Positions 1-8,165 are shown, counted from the stretch's first letter. The stretch: DNA of 24,992 nucleotides from Nanobdellota archaeon (GCA_018830905.1 JAHJRM010000017.1:1-24992); one strand, 5' to 3'. The notes: generated by a model from the sequence alone, not told the origin. Translations and numbers: made by a program.

Positions 1-78
1 TACGGAATAAAAGATCTCAGAGAACTCTACAAGAATGATTTAACTAAACTAAGAAGAATGAAATTCTGGATGAAATGA
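1..78 (+). CDS. pheS: 3' end of phenylalanyl-tRNA synthetase alpha subunit (partial, runs off window)
   Basis: Frame 1 reads YGIKDLRELYKNDLTKLRRMKFWMK*, matching the archaeal PheS C-terminal pattern (YGIxDxRxLyxNDlxxLR); pheT lies 0.7 kb downstream. Not in the ORF track. Confidence 0.75.
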   Translation, partial: YGIKDLRELYKNDLTKLRRMKFWMK

Positions 79-158
79 AACTAAAAGATATACTATTTTG
101 GATATTAATCATTTTACTAATCGGAGTGGGCATATACGCCCTGACAAGACCTTTATAA
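75..158 (+). CDS. 27-aa single-TM microprotein (MKLKDILFWILIILLIGVGIYALTRPL)
   Basis: ATGA overlap with the pheS stop, one hydrophobic helix, stop 1 nt before the next ATG; N-terminus resembles the downstream 89-aa protein. Confidence 0.55.
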   Translation: MKLKDILFWILIILLIGVGIYALTRPL

Positions 159-159
159 A

Positions 160-429
160 ATGACAAGACTAAAACTTGAAGATGTAACATTTTGGTTCCT
201 AATCTTTTTGGTAATATCCCTGATTTTCTGGATGCTCTCAGGTTCTCCGACAGATACAAGTGCAATCATCGCCCTCGCAGCATTTGTATCAGCATCAGAA
301 ATATTAATCTGGAAGAGTCTCTTTAATATGGACAAAAGAACTGCAATAAGTTTCGAGAAAATAAAATTCAGTATTGAAAGATTAGATAATCATTTGGAAG
401 AAATAAAAACTAATAGAAAATCGAGATGA
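160..429 (+). CDS. Small two-TM membrane protein with C-terminal coiled coil, unknown function
   Basis: Two hydrophobic segments followed by a charged heptad-like tail; ATGA overlap with the HIT gene. Confidence 0.75.
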   Translation: MTRLKLEDVTFWFLIFLVISLIFWMLSGSPTDTSAIIALAAFVSASEILIWKSLFNMDKRTAISFEKIKFSIERLDNHLEEIKTNRKSR

Positions 430-782
430 CAAACGACTGCATATTCTGTAAAATAGCGAACAAAGAAATTCCTTCAGAGATAGTATGGGAAAACGATAAT
501 TTCCTGGCATTTGCAGATATCAAACCAATAGAAGAAGGACACACACTCGTAATTCCAAAAAAACATTTTGACACTCTTCCAGATTTAGAAGAAGAAATTT
601 CAAAAGATTATCTTGATGTAATTAAGAAGATTGCAAAAATACTAATAGATAAATATAACGCGGATGGATTTAATATTGTTTTAAATAATGGAAAATCAGC
701 GGGTCAAATTGTAAATCACGTCCACTTTCATATCATCCCAAGAAAAGAAGGGGACAATAAAAAGGGGTTAACCTTAGGTTAA
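426..782 (+). CDS. HIT family nucleotide hydrolase (HINT-like)
   Basis: N-terminal CIFCKI and histidine triad HVHFH with GQxVxH. Confidence 0.95.
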   Translation: MTNDCIFCKIANKEIPSEIVWENDNFLAFADIKPIEEGHTLVIPKKHFDTLPDLEEEISKDYLDVIKKIAKILIDKYNADGFNIVLNNGKSAGQIVNHVHFHIIPRKEGDNKKGLTLG

Positions 783-786
783 ACAA

Positions 787-2439
787 ATGGCAATACTAAC
801 AATACCAAAAAAAACTTTCGAGAAGGATATAGGGAAGCTCGATGAAGAAATGCAGAATAAGATAGCTCAATTCGGAACGCCTATAGAAGATTTAACAAAA
901 GACGAGGTACAAATAGAAGTCTTCCCAAACAGGCCGGACCTTCTCTCCTATCACAGGTTCAAACGTTCGTTCCTCGCGTTCTTAGGTAAGAAAATAGGTC
1001 TAATCACTTACGAAATTAACAAGCCTGAGAAGAAATACGATGTACACATAGAATCCTCAGTAAAAGAAGTCAGACCATACACGGCTTGTGCTATAGTTAA
1101 GGGATTGAGATTCAACGACGAAAAAATAAAGGAGATAATGGATTTACAAGAAAAACTCCATCTCACTATGGGAAGAAAAAGAAAAAAAGCAGCAATAGGA
1201 ATATACCCTCTTGAAAAAATAAAACTCCCAATAACATTCAAGGCAATCGAACCAGACAAAATCAAATTCATTCCACTCGATTCAAAAAGAGAACTCTCTG
1301 GGCTAGAAATTCTCCAAAGGAATCCTGCGGGGAAAGAATACGCCCATCTTCTTGCAGGGAAGGCAAGATTCCCAGTATTCTTAGATTCAGAGAACAATGT
1401 TCTAAGCATGCCCCCAATAATAAACTCTCAAGTGTCCGGAAGAGTGACGGAGAAGACAAAAGACATATTCATAGAATGCTCTGGGATGGAACAATCTGTC
1501 CTGAACAAATGTCTAAATATAATTGTAACAAGTCTTGCTGAAATGGGCGGAAAAATATATCAGATGAATCTACATTACGGCAAAAAAGAAACAACCCCTA
1601 ATCTCTCAACGGAAAAAATCAAAATCTCCCTCGAGAAAGTAAACAAAGTTTTAGGGCTAGAGCTAAATGAAAGAGAGCTAAAGAGATTAATTGAGATGAT
1701 GGGACACGGATATGATTCTAAAGACAAATCTGTCGAGGTCTCTGCTTGGAGAACAGACATCTTACACGAAATAGATATTGTAGAAGATGTAGCAATAGCT
1801 TATGGGTATGAAAATTTCATTCCAGAAATCCCCGATACCGCCACAATTGGAGAGATAAATCCTAAAGAAATTGTAAAGAAAAAAATCTCTGAAATTCTAT
1901 CTGGATTAGGAATGAACGAAGTACTCAATTATCATCTAACAGGAAAAGAAGATCAAATGGAAAAAATGAATGTCCTAGAGAAAGAGTCTTTCATTGAGGT
2001 TGAAAAATCTAAGACAGACTATACTATTCTCAGAAAAACCCTTACACCACTTTTATTAAGAAACTTGGCAGAGAATATAGATTCTGAATATCCTCAAGAG
2101 ATTTTCGAGATTGGGAAAGTTTTTAGCAATGAAGTGGGGACAATTTCTGAAAAAGAATCACTAGCGGTAGCGCTCGCGCCAGGGAACTTCACAAAGATAA
2201 AACAATCTTTAGAATACGTCTTCAAATCAATCGATATTGAAATATCATTTAGAGAATCTGAAAATGTGCCATCACACTTTATAGAAGGAAGAACTGCAGA
2301 TATCATAATGGGGGAAAAAGTAATAGGGCAAGTAGGAGAAATTCATCCTAAAACGCTAATGAGCTGGAAGATAAAAATGCCTGTAGCACTTTTTGAGATT
2401 GGCTTAAAGAAAGTTCTAGAAAAGATTTCTAATTATTGA
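787..2439 (+). CDS. pheT: Phenylalanyl-tRNA synthetase beta subunit, archaeal type
   Basis: EVFPNRPDLLS, QEKLH...RKRKKAAIGIY, LSMPPIINS and B5 motif RTDILHEIDIVEDVAIAYGY; 550 aa. Confidence 0.96.
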   Translation: MAILTIPKKTFEKDIGKLDEEMQNKIAQFGTPIEDLTKDEVQIEVFPNRPDLLSYHRFKRSFLAFLGKKIGLITYEINKPEKKYDVHIESSVKEVRPYTACAIVKGLRFNDEKIKEIMDLQEKLHLTMGRKRKKAAIGIYPLEKIKLPITFKAIEPDKIKFIPLDSKRELSGLEILQRNPAGKEYAHLLAGKARFPVFLDSENNVLSMPPIINSQVSGRVTEKTKDIFIECSGMEQSVLNKCLNIIVTSLAEMGGKIYQMNLHYGKKETTPNLSTEKIKISLEKVNKVLGLELNERELKRLIEMMGHGYDSKDKSVEVSAWRTDILHEIDIVEDVAIAYGYENFIPEIPDTATIGEINPKEIVKKKISEILSGLGMNEVLNYHLTGKEDQMEKMNVLEKESFIEVEKSKTDYTILRKTLTPLLLRNLAENIDSEYPQEIFEIGKVFSNEVGTISEKESLAVALAPGNFTKIKQSLEYVFKSIDIEISFRESENVPSHFIEGRTADIIMGEKVIGQVGEIHPKTLMSWKIKMPVALFEIGLKKVLEKISNY

Positions 2440-2459
2440 TTCATAAAATCATTCACACA

Positions 2460-2538
2460 GCTCGCCCACGGTTCGCTTAAGTTAGCACACACTTTGTTTA
2501 TGGATTGGATTGATAATAACTCTGTAAAATCATACAAG
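2460..2538 (-). repeat. Dispersed intergenic repeat, copy 1 (core on the minus strand)
   Basis: GTAAAATCATACAAG at 2524-2538 is the reverse complement of CTTGTATGATTTTAC; GCTCGCCCACGGTTCGC at 2460-2476 is the reverse complement of GCGAAC-N5-GCGAGC. Confidence 0.8.
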
Positions 2539-2609
2539 TTCATGGTAGATTTATGGTCATCTTAAAAATAAATTGCCGAGTGAAATGAGGCAGTAGCTTT
2601 AACAACCAA

Positions 2610-3098
2610 TCACCCAAAATAACCTTTACTATCAACTTCTACATTATCATCCCATTTACTATCAACCTTTTTAATAACGCTCAAAATCTCTTTTTTTGTG
2701 GAGCTCCAAAAATCAAAATTATCTTTTATGAATTTAGCATCTCTCTCCTCGCTAAACTCCAAATCCAACTCAATAAACACAAGTTCTTTCTTCATCAGGT
2801 CCTTGTAAATGCCCTCCAGCTTTTTCTTATCTTCGGGAGTAATCAATTTTATCAAGGAAAAAATAAACATCGGCGCGTTCACAGGATTCAGAATATTTTC
2901 GACAAATCGCATGTAATTCATAATTTTATCTACTATAAATTTCCGTATCTCTCTCAATAAAGTCTCAGTCTCAGAGTCAGCAACTTTCTCGATACTAAAC
3001 TCTTCATTAAGTACACTAAACTCTGGGAGACCATACTTCTCCCGAAGCCTATTATAATCTTTCTTTAATAATTTCAAACTAGAACATTCATCATCCAT
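2610..3098 (-). CDS. Hypothetical helical protein
   Basis: Open frame; start moved to ATG 3098 because TTTATAAA begins exactly 29 nt upstream (3127), as for other leaderless genes here. Confidence 0.8.
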   Translation of the reverse strand: MDDECSSLKLLKKDYNRLREKYGLPEFSVLNEEFSIEKVADSETETLLREIRKFIVDKIMNYMRFVENILNPVNAPMFIFSLIKLITPEDKKKLEGIYKDLMKKELVFIELDLEFSEERDAKFIKDNFDFWSSTKKEILSVIKKVDSKWDDNVEVDSKGYFG

Positions 3099-3182
3099 TT
3101 CTATCAAGAAACAACTTCTTTTATAAACCTAACTAAGCTGACAGAAGAATCTTTTTATAGTCTATTTATAATAATCATCTAG

Positions 3183-3329
3183 GCCTGTGTAGCTCAGTTG
3201 GTTAGAGCGCGTCATTGGTAATGCCCAACTTTCTTTAGAAAAGAAAGATTCGGCGCTCAAAGAAACTATGTTAGTCTCTACGAGTAACCGAGAATGACGA
3301 GGTCCTGAGTTCGACTCTCAGCACAGGCT
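3183..3329 (+). tRNA. tRNA-Thr(GGT) with a 73-nt intron at 37/38
   Basis: Acceptor GCCTGTG/CACAGGC, D arm GCTC/GAGC, anticodon stem CGTCA/TGACG with TT-GGT-A, T arm CTGAG-TTCGACT-CTCAG, U73 discriminator; CCA not encoded. Confidence 0.95.
3221..3293 (+). other. tRNA intron with a bulge-helix-bulge-like junction
   Basis: TTGG (32-35) pairs with intron CCGA; 3-nt bulges TAA and GAA; the outer helix is imperfect; two internal hairpins. Confidence 0.85.
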
Positions 3330-3389
3330 TATTAATGCTGAGCAAACTAAAGAGGGGGTGACTTGTTAGGGGGATTCTTCCCCATACGA

Positions 3390-3403
3390 CTCAGCACAGG
3401 CTT
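3390..3403 (+). repeat. 14-bp direct repeat of the tRNA-Thr 3' end (att-like scar)
   Basis: CTCAGCACAGGCTT at 3317-3330 and again at 3390-3403. Confidence 0.85.
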
Positions 3404-3408
3404 CTCAA

Positions 3409-3681
3409 CTATCTTCTAGTTCTAGAAATCAATAAAACCATAAGCGCCATCAAAAACGAAAGGGAAACGAACCCAAATATTATTGCCATAATACCAAAGA
3501 AAGTAGAAAACAAGGTAGTATTTGAAAAGCTATATAACAAATAAGACGCCAAAAACAAAATTATAAACAGTAATAAATTTCTCCAAGCAATTCTAATTCT
3601 TGCTGGGAAAGAATCAGATTTATGCGAAACCGTCTTCCTAGAAACCACCTTCTTCTTAGAAACACTCTTCTTTTTAGTCAC
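3409..3681 (-). CDS. Small membrane protein, basic N-terminus and two TM helices
   Basis: GTG start; Lys-rich N-terminus, then two hydrophobic helices. Confidence 0.7.
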   Translation of the reverse strand: MTKKKSVSKKKVVSRKTVSHKSDSFPARIRIAWRNLLLFIILFLASYLLYSFSNTTLFSTFFGIMAIIFGFVSLSFLMALMVLLISRTRR

Positions 3682-3749
3682 CTTTTTTTCCCTACCATTT
3701 TAATAAGATATTTTTACAAAGCAATTCTAGTTTTTAAAATTATGTCTCG

Positions 3750-3989
3750 TCAGCCCGAGCCTGTAGCAAGTTCTCCTTCGGAATAATCATTTAAAGGCAA
3801 CCATTGTGAATTCGCAACATACCCACCAATTTCAGAACCCTGATCAACCACATTATCTATCCATATTGAATACGCATCAATAAATATCGCTCTGTCAGCC
3901 TGCTCCCTCAAATTGAGATCACCATTACTGATTATGAACAGTGCAGATATAAAGAAAAATTTTATTGCAACAAGGATGAAAAATTTCAT
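3750..3989 (-). CDS. Small membrane-anchored protein, paralog of 3986-4288
   Basis: N-terminal hydrophobic helix; C-terminal Y-x2-W...Y-x2-N-x2-W pattern shared with its neighbour; ATGA overlap. Confidence 0.75.
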   Translation of the reverse strand: MKFFILVAIKFFFISALFIISNGDLNLREQADRAIFIDAYSIWIDNVVDQGSEIGGYVANSQWLPLNDYSEGELATGSG

Positions 3990-4288
3990 TCTTCAGTACT
4001 ATTCGAGCCATCTCCTTTCCACTCTTGATTCACCGCATAACTTGATACTCTCATTACACTTGAACCAACCTGGCTGAACCAAGAAAGATAAGTTTTCACT
4101 GCGCCTGAAACTCCATCAACTGTCGACATGTCCACATTTTTTCCAGAGACAACAAAAAATCCTATAAGGAGAATGAAAACAACACCCAAGGTAATAAGAT
4201 AAAACGCTAACTTAGTTCTGATATTATTCCATTTAAGAGCGAGAAAAACCCCCAGAAATGCTAGAACTGCAATAATAATAAAATTCAT
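3986..4288 (-). CDS. Small two-TM membrane protein
   Basis: Two hydrophobic helices and an amphipathic C-terminus; AGGTGA SD-like site upstream. Confidence 0.8.
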   Translation of the reverse strand: MNFIIIAVLAFLGVFLALKWNNIRTKLAFYLITLGVVFILLIGFFVVSGKNVDMSTVDGVSGAVKTYLSWFSQVGSSVMRVSSYAVNQEWKGDGSNSTEE

Positions 4289-4390
4289 TGTTTCACCTTT
4301 GCTAAATCAAAACAGGTATGTATAAAAATCTTTCGAAACATCATAATACACAAGCAAAAAACTTAAATAACACTCCTGCTAAACTATACC

Positions 4391-4678
4391 ATGGAAAAAG
4401 ACATTGGAAAAATAACAAAGAACGATACGACAGATGTAATCTTAAGAGTTGACGATTTCGGTGGGCGAAAAGGTTTAACAATAAGGGAATTCGTCACAAG
4501 CGAAAGATACACTGGATTCACAAAGTCTGGCGTGAGAATACTGGCACCAGATTTTGATAAGTTCAAAGAAATGATTAACTCCATAACTGAAGAAGACTTA
4601 AAGGAAGAATCAAGCGCAGAACCTGAAGCAGAACCAGAAACTGTTTCACAAGGAAATGAAGAAATTCCAGATTACTAA
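4391..4678 (+). CDS. PC4/p15-like (YdbC-like) ssDNA-binding protein with an acidic tail
   Basis: VDDFGGRKGLTIREFV...GFTKSGVRI resembles the PC4 core (vxxFxGxxxvDIRefy...ptkKGIsL); CTTAAATA 29 nt upstream. Confidence 0.75.
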   Translation: MEKDIGKITKNDTTDVILRVDDFGGRKGLTIREFVTSERYTGFTKSGVRILAPDFDKFKEMINSITEEDLKEESSAEPEAEPETVSQGNEEIPDY

Positions 4679-4693
4679 TTAGAAATAAAAACC

Positions 4694-4701
4694 TTTAAAT
4701 A
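4694..4701 (+). promoter_or_regulatory. TATA box with an A-rich BRE, driving the structured RNA / methyltransferase leader
   Basis: AAAAACC-TTTAAATA; there is no ATG 29 nt downstream, and instead the first stem of the RNA starts at 4723. Confidence 0.65.
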
Positions 4702-4722
4702 CTCTAAAAAACTGAGACGAAT

Positions 4723-4807
4723 AATTGATTAGGAGGGGCGGAATAATCAGTTAAATGGATGGTCTTCGGATTACCCGTTTGCTGGCTTCGGACGCCCTCT
4801 TCTAATT
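4723..4807 (+). ncRNA. Candidate structured RNA (pseudoknot or two-state), family unknown
   Basis: Stem 4723-4731/4744-4752; cUUCGg-capped hairpin 4753-4780; 4728-4740 is complementary to 4793-4806; GC-rich relative to its flanks. Confidence 0.55.
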
Positions 4808-4818
4808 ATTTTTCTAAA

Positions 4819-5348
4819 ATGATTTACGAACCTTCTGAAGATTCTTTTCTAATTGAAAAATGTGTTAAACAGTTTGCCGAAGGTAAAAGCGTTCTCGATA
4901 TGGATACAGGCTTGGGCATCCTCGCCGAAGTTGCCCTCACCATCAGAGCAAAAAGCGTCCTCGCCGCAGACATAAATCCAGAAGCAGTTGCTAATTTAAA
5001 ACAAAAAGGGATTCCAACAAGACACTCAGATTTATTCTCAACCATCTCTGAAAAATTCGACCTAATCATCTTCAACACTCCATACCTACCAAAAACTAAA
5101 AACGAGGACGAAGAATCAGAAACAATAACAACCGGCGGAGCCAAAGGCCACGAATAATCCAAAGCTTCCTCCAAGAAGCAAAATTCCATCTAAACAAGGA
5201 TGGAAAAATTCTCCTTTTATTCAGCTCTCTAACAGGTAAAGAAGAAGTTGACAGAATCCTCCAAGAAAACAATTACAAATTCAGATGTCTTGAAACAAAA
5301 AAGCTATTCTTCGAAGAACTTTATGTGTACAGGCTTTCTGTTAATTAA
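4819..5348 (+). pseudogene. Frameshifted HemK2/N6AMT1(Mtq2)-like SAM methyltransferase
   Basis: MIYEPSEDSFL N-terminus; the frame stops at 5157 but another frame continues IIQSFLQEAKFHLNKDGKILLLFSSLTG...LFFEELYVYRLSVN* to 5348 (apparent 1-nt loss near 5154); motif I is DMDTGLG and NPPY is NTPY. Confidence 0.85.
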
Positions 5349-5377
5349 AACTCTCCGATTAAGTTAACAAGAATACC

Positions 5378-5407
5378 TATGATTTTACCTGTTAATTGCG
5401 AGCTCCC
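5378..5407 (+). repeat. Dispersed intergenic repeat, copy 2 (truncated)
   Basis: TATGATTTTACCTGTTAATTGCGAGCTCCC; near-identical to copies 3 and 7. Confidence 0.85.
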
Positions 5408-5454
5408 TTCTCCCAAGTAAAAACCTTTTTAACTCAATTCTGTCTCTCTTTCTC

Positions 5455-7212
5455 ATGGAAACTCAAACTATCAAATCGCCAATAGTAACAGTCTGCGGAC
5501 ACGTTGATCACGGGAAAACAAGTATATTGGACTCTCTTAGAGGTAGCTCTGTCCAAGAAGGCGAGGCAGGAGGAATCACTCAAAAGATATCTTTCACATT
5601 CTATCCTGCAGAAAAACTAAAATCTACCTGTCCCCTCCTAAAAACAAGTGGTATCAATCTAACAATACCTGGATTTCTTTTCATAGACACACCCGGTCAC
5701 GCGGCATTCACTAATCTTAGAAAACGTGGTGGAGGACTAGCAGATCTAGCAGTTCTAGTTGTAGATATAAATGAAGGAATAAAACCCCAAACTGCAGAAG
5801 TCATACAAATTCTCAAACATAACAAGACCCCTTTCCTAATAGCACTTAATAAAATAGATAACATCTCAGGGTGGAAAACTCAAATAGATAAGGGAATCAA
5901 AGAAAGCATTGAATCTCAATCTCCGAATGCAAAACAGACCTTCAATGAAAGATATATGACTTTCATGGGTGCACTACAGAGCCATGGATTCGACTCTGAC
6001 CTATTCTTCAATGTTAAAGATTTCACAAAAAAAATTGCCTTAGTCCCCTGCTCCGCGAGAACAAAAGAAGGAATCCAAGAATTAATTATGATGCTCTGTG
6101 GGCTAAGTCAGAAATATCTCGGGGACAAGATAACACTCGGCAAAGATGCAAAAGGAATAATTCTCGAGATAAAAAAAGACAGGGACAATCTCTACCTAGA
6201 GTCAATTCTCCATGATGGGAGTTTCTCTAAAGGAGACGAAATAGCAATCGCAACACTTAATCCTGAAGAGGAACCAATAATTGGAAAAGTAAGAGTTCTC
6301 GAGGAGATACGACCACTCTCTTCAAAGTTCGAACCAAAAGATAAAGTCACAGCTGCGACAGGTCTAAGAATGCAAATCTCTGGTAAAGCAGACATTCTTC
6401 CAGGAATGCCATTCATTATTTATAAGGAAAACAAGGAAGAGGTAAAAGAAATCTTCAAACAACAGATTATAGAAAACATAAAGACAGGTAAGGAAGGAAT
6501 AATTGCAAAAGCAGATTCTCTTGGGAGCCTCGAGGCACTTCTAACTCTACTTAAACAAGAAGGAATTCCTGTAGTCAAAGCAGGAATCGGGAATATAAGC
6601 AAGTCAGATGTAATCTCAGCAAAGGCGAACATCAATATAAATGAACTCAACGCAATTATCGTTGGGTTTAATGTGTCAAATGATGATGACATCAATGACT
6701 TCCTAAACGGCAACGAGAAAATAAAAATCATAACGGATGAAGTAATTTACAAGCTTATAGAAAACGTGAAAGAGTTCCGAGAAAACAGAAGAAAAGGAAT
6801 TGAAAAGACACGACTTCTTGGTTTAACACCAATAACAAAAATAAAAATTCTTCACCAACACGTATTTAGAAACACTAGTCCTGCAATTTTTGGAATTAAG
6901 ATTGAAGCAGGTAGAATTGTTCCAAGAATGAGCCTTATAGATGAAAAAGGAGAAGACATAGGGCACATAAAAAACCTGCAAGCAGAAAATAAATCTGTTG
7001 AAGAAGCCCAAGAAGGACAAGAACTCGCAATCTCAATACCTGGAATAAACTTCGAGAGAAGAATGAAAGGAGTAAACTTCGCTTACAGCAATATCTCGTC
7101 ATCGCAATTTAAAAATTTTAGGAAAAATAAAGATTTACTATCTTCAAAAGAAATTTTGGCCCTGCAAGAAATCGCAGAAATCAAGAGAAATAATGGAGTT
7201 GAATTGGGTTAA
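5455..7212 (+). CDS. infB: Translation initiation factor aIF5B (IF2)
   Basis: GHVDHGKT, GGITQKI, FIDTPGHAAFTNLRKRGG, NKID, KADSLGSLEAL; 585 aa, no intein evident. Confidence 0.97.
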   Translation: METQTIKSPIVTVCGHVDHGKTSILDSLRGSSVQEGEAGGITQKISFTFYPAEKLKSTCPLLKTSGINLTIPGFLFIDTPGHAAFTNLRKRGGGLADLAVLVVDINEGIKPQTAEVIQILKHNKTPFLIALNKIDNISGWKTQIDKGIKESIESQSPNAKQTFNERYMTFMGALQSHGFDSDLFFNVKDFTKKIALVPCSARTKEGIQELIMMLCGLSQKYLGDKITLGKDAKGIILEIKKDRDNLYLESILHDGSFSKGDEIAIATLNPEEEPIIGKVRVLEEIRPLSSKFEPKDKVTAATGLRMQISGKADILPGMPFIIYKENKEEVKEIFKQQIIENIKTGKEGIIAKADSLGSLEALLTLLKQEGIPVVKAGIGNISKSDVISAKANININELNAIIVGFNVSNDDDINDFLNGNEKIKIITDEVIYKLIENVKEFRENRRKGIEKTRLLGLTPITKIKILHQHVFRNTSPAIFGIKIEAGRIVPRMSLIDEKGEDIGHIKNLQAENKSVEEAQEGQELAISIPGINFERRMKGVNFAYSNISSSQFKNFRKNKDLLSSKEILALQEIAEIKRNNGVELG

Positions 7213-7601
7213 TAACCTCCACGCCCCTTAATCACCTTACATGTAGGATGATTTTTTGCTATCCTATATAGTTTTCCATCCGAACCTTTCCACACATTAG
7301 AATAACCTTTTAACGGTTCCACAAGATAAAATCCTTCACTTCTCCCATCGACAGCCTGAGAAAGAGTCCTTTCTCCACTAGTAGCTTTCTTTTCCAAATC
7401 ATCTGCAAGTTTCTTATTGCCTACACTATTTTCTCCAATAACCTCTGTTAAAGATTCAAGCTCCCCTTCTATTACTTCCTCAGATTCAATCTCTTTCTTA
7501 TTTACGGCCTCAGTCAACATAGAAATTTCATCATCGTCAAACAAATGAAGAACATCTTCCTCTTCCTTTTTATTCCCATTTCTTAATTCATTGTAATTCA
7601 T
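7209..7601 (-). CDS. Hypothetical acidic protein (ORFan)
   Basis: AGGAGGT SD at 7613-7619; overlaps the upstream gene. Confidence 0.75.
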   Translation of the reverse strand: MNYNELRNGNKKEEEDVLHLFDDDEISMLTEAVNKKEIESEEVIEGELESLTEVIGENSVGNKKLADDLEKKATSGERTLSQAVDGRSEGFYLVEPLKGYSNVWKGSDGKLYRIAKNHPTCKVIKGRGGY

Positions 7602-7962
7602 TTTTCAGGCTTACCTCCTTTACTTTCAATTTTGCACGAGATGCCCTTACATAATCATCTAATGGAATGTATAATTCATTAAGAAATCCATTGTGAGTAT
7701 ACAATTCTGCCTCTCTAAAATCTTTATTATCATCCAAAAGTATAAGATATGATTTTATCTCTCTAAGAGATTTTTTGTAACAACTTCTAAATGTATCCCA
7801 CCTTTCAGATGCCCATTCAGGGTTGAGTATGACCGTTCCGACTCCCCCAATCCTGTGATTAAAATGACTCATTGCAATTGGGGACTCTTCATCCTGTATA
7901 CTTCTAATTTTATTATGATATCTCTCCGCAATTTCCTCAAGCATTCCAAGTGTCGGTTTCAT
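7588..7962 (-). CDS. Hypothetical protein (ORFan)
   Basis: AGGAGGT SD at 7975-7981; ATGA overlap. Confidence 0.75.
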   Translation of the reverse strand: MKPTLGMLEEIAERYHNKIRSIQDEESPIAMSHFNHRIGGVGTVILNPEWASERWDTFRSCYKKSLREIKSYLILLDDNKDFREAELYTHNGFLNELYIPLDDYVRASRAKLKVKEVSLKNELQ

Positions 7963-8165
7963 TTTCTAACGTAAACCTCCTTTCCATTTACAAACGTGTT
8001 CGGAACTAATTCATAATCAGCAGGGTTAACGCTCAAAGTACTTTTTGACATAAGTTCCTCCGCAATATAAAAACCACTGACATTTCCGAATCCCTTCTGA
8101 TATCTTATATCCAAAACTACTACAGGATAACCAATATCTAAATTATCAAAATTATATCCTGCCAT
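7959..8165 (-). CDS. Hypothetical 68-aa protein (start corrected to MAGYNF)
   Basis: AGGAGGT SD at 8174-8180 ahead of ATG 8165. Confidence 0.7.
   Translation of the reverse strand: MAGYNFDNLDIGYPVVVLDIRYQKGFGNVSGFYIAEELMSKSTLSVNPADYELVPNTFVNGKEVYVRK

Noticed and set aside
2571-2594. TGCC/GGCA hairpin followed by a T-run on the minus strand as a terminator
   Set aside because: The stem is only about 4 bp; too weak to call.
3317-3389. Second, non-canonical tRNA intron (the repeat offset is also 73 nt)
   Set aside because: The tRNA is already complete with the first copy and no BHB motif is evident; the equal length is probably coincidence.
4723-4807. Structured RNA as 5S rRNA, SRP RNA, box C/D RNA or pistol ribozyme
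   Set aside because: Lacks 5S loop C/E signatures, SRP helix 8 and a C/D box pair; the stem order does not match pistol despite a similar stem-loop-TTAAAT start.
4759-4818. N-terminal extension of the methyltransferase ORF (MVFGLPV...)
   Set aside because: The family N-terminus begins at MIYEP (4819); the extension runs through the structured RNA.
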